Made by a program: the position numbers and the translations under genes. The notes beneath the pieces are model-generated. The model searched no databases. It worked only from the letters and a program-made list of their open reading frames with translations, and had not been told where the DNA came from. Below are positions 60,501 through 64,000 of a stretch of DNA of 64,000 nt, piece after piece (positions within the stretch are counted from its first letter, which is position 1; each line of letters starts with the position of its first letter). The stretch is taken from positions 2,790,001-2,854,000 of the forward strand of contig CM074806.1 in NCBI GenBank assembly GCA_037447605.1. The letters run 5' to 3'. The DNA is from Zygnema circumcarinatum SAG 698-1b (taxonomy: Eukaryota; Plantae; Zygnematophyceae).

Positions 60501-63500
60501 CGCTGTGAAGTATGCATGGGTCACCTATGATGGGCCCTCTCTCACACTGAAGGTGTACGTCAGCATGGCCAGCTCTCGCCCTTCAGCGCCTCTGCTGACT
60601 GCGCACGTGGACACGTGTGCTGTCCTGCGCCCCCCTGGCTGCACAAGCTGCGCAACAGTGACGTCAGCATATGTGGGCTTCACAGCGAGCACGGGGGGGG
60701 GGGAGGAATATGAAGCACATAACGTTCGAAGTTGGGAGTTTGCCACCAAATCATTCTTTCGAGGTAAACTCGGTCGGACCTTGTAGAAATCTCTCCGCGA
60801 TGTGATCCTGCTCGCACTGCTTCTACTGTTACTAGGAATTGGGCGGGGTCGCTCAGTGTTCTAAAATATTTGGAACTCGAAACTCTCGTTCTGGAGGGAT
60901 GCAAATGGTGCCTAAGGCTAGAGCACAACAGCACAGTGAATCTTGCACTTAAGGTATAACAGTTAGTGAACCAGATGAGAAGCAAAAGTGAAAAGAACAT
61001 GAAGGCAAAGAACTAAAATTGAAATGTTTTACTATGGGAAGTGGGATGTCGGGGACCTTTCCTACCAGTCCAAGTCGAAGTTTGAACTGACTCACAGACT
61101 CTAGTTTGGGCCCTCCGGTGCTCCTGCAGACTACGCACCTCCTTCCCCTCCCTCTCCCCCTCCTCCACCCCCAAACCCACCTCCTCCTCGTCCACCACCC
61201 CCCCCACGCCCTCCTCGGCCTCGTCCCCCTCCTCCTCCTCGACCCCCTCCATCTCCTCCCCCACCTCGGTCCCCCCCTCCTCGCCCACCTCCCTTACCAC
61301 CTCCCCCTCGCCCTCCTCCCTTCCCACCTCCTCCCCGCCCACCTCCTCGCCCGCCCCCTCCCTCGCCTCCTCCTCCCTCTCCCCCTCCCCCCCGACCTCC
61401 TCCTCCTCGCCCGCCCCCACCCTCGCCTCCCCCTCCCTCTCCCCCTCCCCCTCGACCTCCTCCTCCTCGCCCACCCCCTCCCTCGCCTCCCCCTCCCTCT
61501 CCCCCTCCCCCTCGACCTCCTCCTCCTCGCCCCCCTCCCACTCCTCCTCCCCCTAACCCCCCCCCAAAGAGCCCTCCTCCTCGTCCCCCCCCTCGCCCCC
61601 CACCTCGCCCGCCCCCTCCCTCTCCACCTCCAAATCCACCGCCCGTGCCTCCACCTCCAAGTCCGCCTCCCCCTCCACCAGGTCCGATCTCCACCTTGAT
61701 GTGAAATCTGTGGTCTTCCTTGGGATTGGACCGGGGGATTGGGTCACGCTAGGGGACAGCTAGTTGGACTATCATTCACATCCCACGGAAGTTTTTAGTC
61801 CAACTATCGTAGTCTATGCCAAGCTTCAGTTTCAATAAGTCAATGTGGTCATCTCTGAAGCATTGTAGCCTGAATCTTTGGCCCAAATTTGAATGTTACT
61901 GACAATGTTCAATTACTTTGCAGTATGGACATTCGATGGGTTTTCCCCCCGACCAGACCTACTTCTTGGAAGAGCTGAGTACACCGCCACCGGCTCCCTG
62001 CATCTGACTAATCAAGAAGATCCCCGGTACAATCAGACGGGTTTAGCGCTTGTTGGAACCCCAATTCCACTCTTGGAAGACTCTTCAACAGGCGGCTGCA
62101 AGGCTGCCTCCTTCAGCACGCGATTTTCTTTTCTATTTTTCGATGGGTACGGCTATGCCGATTGGGGTTCAGGAATAACGTTCGCCATTATTGGCTCCAA
62201 TGCCGCGCCCTTGCTGCTGACCCAGGGTGTTGCAGGAAGCATTGGCTACGCTTACGCTTCACAGACGGAGCGGCCTGGCAGCATTGCAGTTGAGTTTGAT
62301 GTGCATCAGGATGCAGAAGTCAGAGACCCGGACCGGAATCATGTGGGGCTCAACATGGGCTTCTCAGCAGCCTCCATACTGACAGCTCCTGCCGACCCCA
62401 TTGTTCTGGCCGATGCCATGGTGAAGTACGCCTGGATTGAGTATAACGGCAGCACCAAAACGTTGTCCGTGTACTTGAGCATCACTCCCACCCTCCCTTG
62501 GACTCCTCTTCTCACTGCAGTTGTCGACTTGTGTGCCGTTCTGCGGCCTGCATCGTGCAACAGCTGCGCCCAAGTGACTGCCGCGTATGTCGGGTTCACG
62601 TCGAGCACTGGCGATGGAGAGGTGTATGAGACACATGACATTTTGAGCTGGAATTTCACAAGCTCACCTGTTGCGGCCAGTATGTTTATCCATGCACTCC
62701 AAATTACCCCCCTTTCGCCTTGAATGTTGTACACTCGTTTGCAGCACTTGGAGATTCCTTGTTGTGCCCTTCGCATGAAACTAGTCTTTAAGGCCATTGG
62801 ATCGAGTTTTCCATCTGAATGTTTCGAACTTCAACATCTTCGAGTACGCATGAAACTGTCCCCCAACCTCATTCATTGAGTATGTGTGTTTTGGTCGCTT
62901 CATCAGGTCGGTTCCCCTCGCCGCCTCCTCCCACCGTTAGGCGTCCACCTCCACCACCTCCTCCACCTCCTTCAGGTATGACATTTCTTGCGGCAGCCTC
63001 GAAAGGGAAAAGGTCCCTTTGAAGTTAAATGTCCAAGAAAGCTTTTCTACATATGTTAATCAAGTGCGCGTGCTCGCTGATTTTTCAGGCTCGCAAGGCA
63101 CAGGATTAGGGTTGCGCCCTACCACTCTGCCAAATTTGAACAAGTACTTCCGGTACATCAGTTCCGGCCTAAAAAACTCTCAAGATCAGAAGCAATCATG
63201 GTCCGGCACTACTTATTGGGATTGGTCAAAGCAGCCTCCAGTTGTGCAACCAATCAAGAACCAGGGAGGATGCTGTATGCAAACTCTCCATCTGCCCTCT
63301 TTAACATCCACTTTTTTCAAGATTTTGTAAAAAGTAACCAAAATTCAATATGTTTCTCCTGCCCATAACCAGTCCCTAAAAAAAACCCTCGCTTGCTTCA
63401 GTCGCAGCCCCCGTATCGACGATGTGTTTATGACATCGTATTAATGCTCTATTGATTGGCCCACCATCTGCTGCCCCCCGCAGCCACGTGCTGGATATAC

Positions 63501-63716
63501 TCGAGCGTGGCTGCCGTTGAGAGCGCGCTGTACATCGCCAGTGGCAAGCGGCAGCCCGCGGCGGCCCTCTCCGAGGCCCACGTGCTCGCCTGCTCCCCCG
63601 CCAACCGCTCGTGCGCGGCGGGGGGGTGGCCCACGGAAACCCTCGACTTCGCGGCCTCGTCCGGCCTCGTCAGCGCGAGCGCGTACGCCTCCGCGCCGCA
63701 GTGCATGCCGCCGCCG
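57520..63716 (+). CDS. Secreted mosaic protein: signal peptide, legume (L-type) lectin x2, extensin-like linker, lectin, short Pro linker, papain-like (C1A) protease; 3' end not resolved in the window
   Basis: Exons 57520-57604 (MRAQAHGRWRGGALAAAVLRLLVGAVAA), 58441-59193, 60011-60763, 61130-61681, 61924-62679, 62907-62975, 63089-63274 and 63484-63716. Each lectin has AVEFDVHQD...DP..NHVGL and YVGFTASTG...H/N.I/V.SW.F. The protease segment is WDWS...VQPIKNQGGC|STCWIYSSVAAVES...LSEAHVLAC. Confidence 0.78.
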
Positions 63717-64000
63717 GTAACGATGGGGCCGACCGATGGATGCCTGCGTCGGGGGGGGAAGGCCATGGGGATGCGCAGCATCATAGGCGCATTGGATGCT
63801 TGATGGCATGATGGCGTGGTCGTTTGCGACAGAGGGGGGGGGTTGGTTTCTGCGTAGTGTGATAGTGTGCGCATGCTGTGGGTTCTGATTATGGACGGAA
63901 GAGAGAGAGGGCGCAGGTGAGCGGTGTGGCGCGAATATCGAAATATGAGCTGGTGAATGTGAACGATTGGCTGGGGATCTGGCTAGCTTTACAGCAGCAG

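Noticed and set aside
61013-61699. Gly-rich and Glu/Gly-rich antisense ORFs and the Leu/Pro-rich sense ORF
   Set aside because: They are shadow frames of the Pro-rich exon. Only the phase-1 frame (DYAPPSPP...) fits the flanking splice sites.
1-64000. tRNA, rRNA, snRNA, CRISPR arrays, U12 introns, autonomous transposons
   Set aside because: No supporting motifs were seen by eye. Small ncRNAs cannot be excluded without an Infernal or tRNAscan search.

Overview
This is an intron-rich eukaryotic window. Protein content points to a streptophyte green alga or an early-diverging plant, but the exact taxon cannot be fixed from sequence alone. Twelve protein-coding genes are supported by manual splicing. 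In order: the 3' end of SLY1 (+); FAN1 (+); a signal-peptide-peptidase-like protease with a transit-peptide-like N-terminus (-); a C2-domain/Pro-rich protein (-); two tandem GT61-like glycosyltransferases (+); two tandem Zn-dependent YbdR/AdhB-like dehydrogenases (+); a Nup50-like nucleoporin (-); an Erv41-type (-) and an Erv46-type (+) ERGIC gene arranged head-to-head about 1 kb apart; a GIY-YIG-like/NFU1 fusion (-); and a 3'-truncated secreted mosaic gene (+). The mosaic gene joins a signal peptide, three legume-lectin domains, extensin-like linkers and a papain-like protease with no prodomain, built from phase-1 exons, and is the best candidate for an undescribed system. The Erv41/Erv46 divergent pair is the next best. 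I found no rRNA, tRNA, CRISPR array or autonomous transposon. All names rest on remembered motifs and no database search was run. Exon boundaries were placed by eye.
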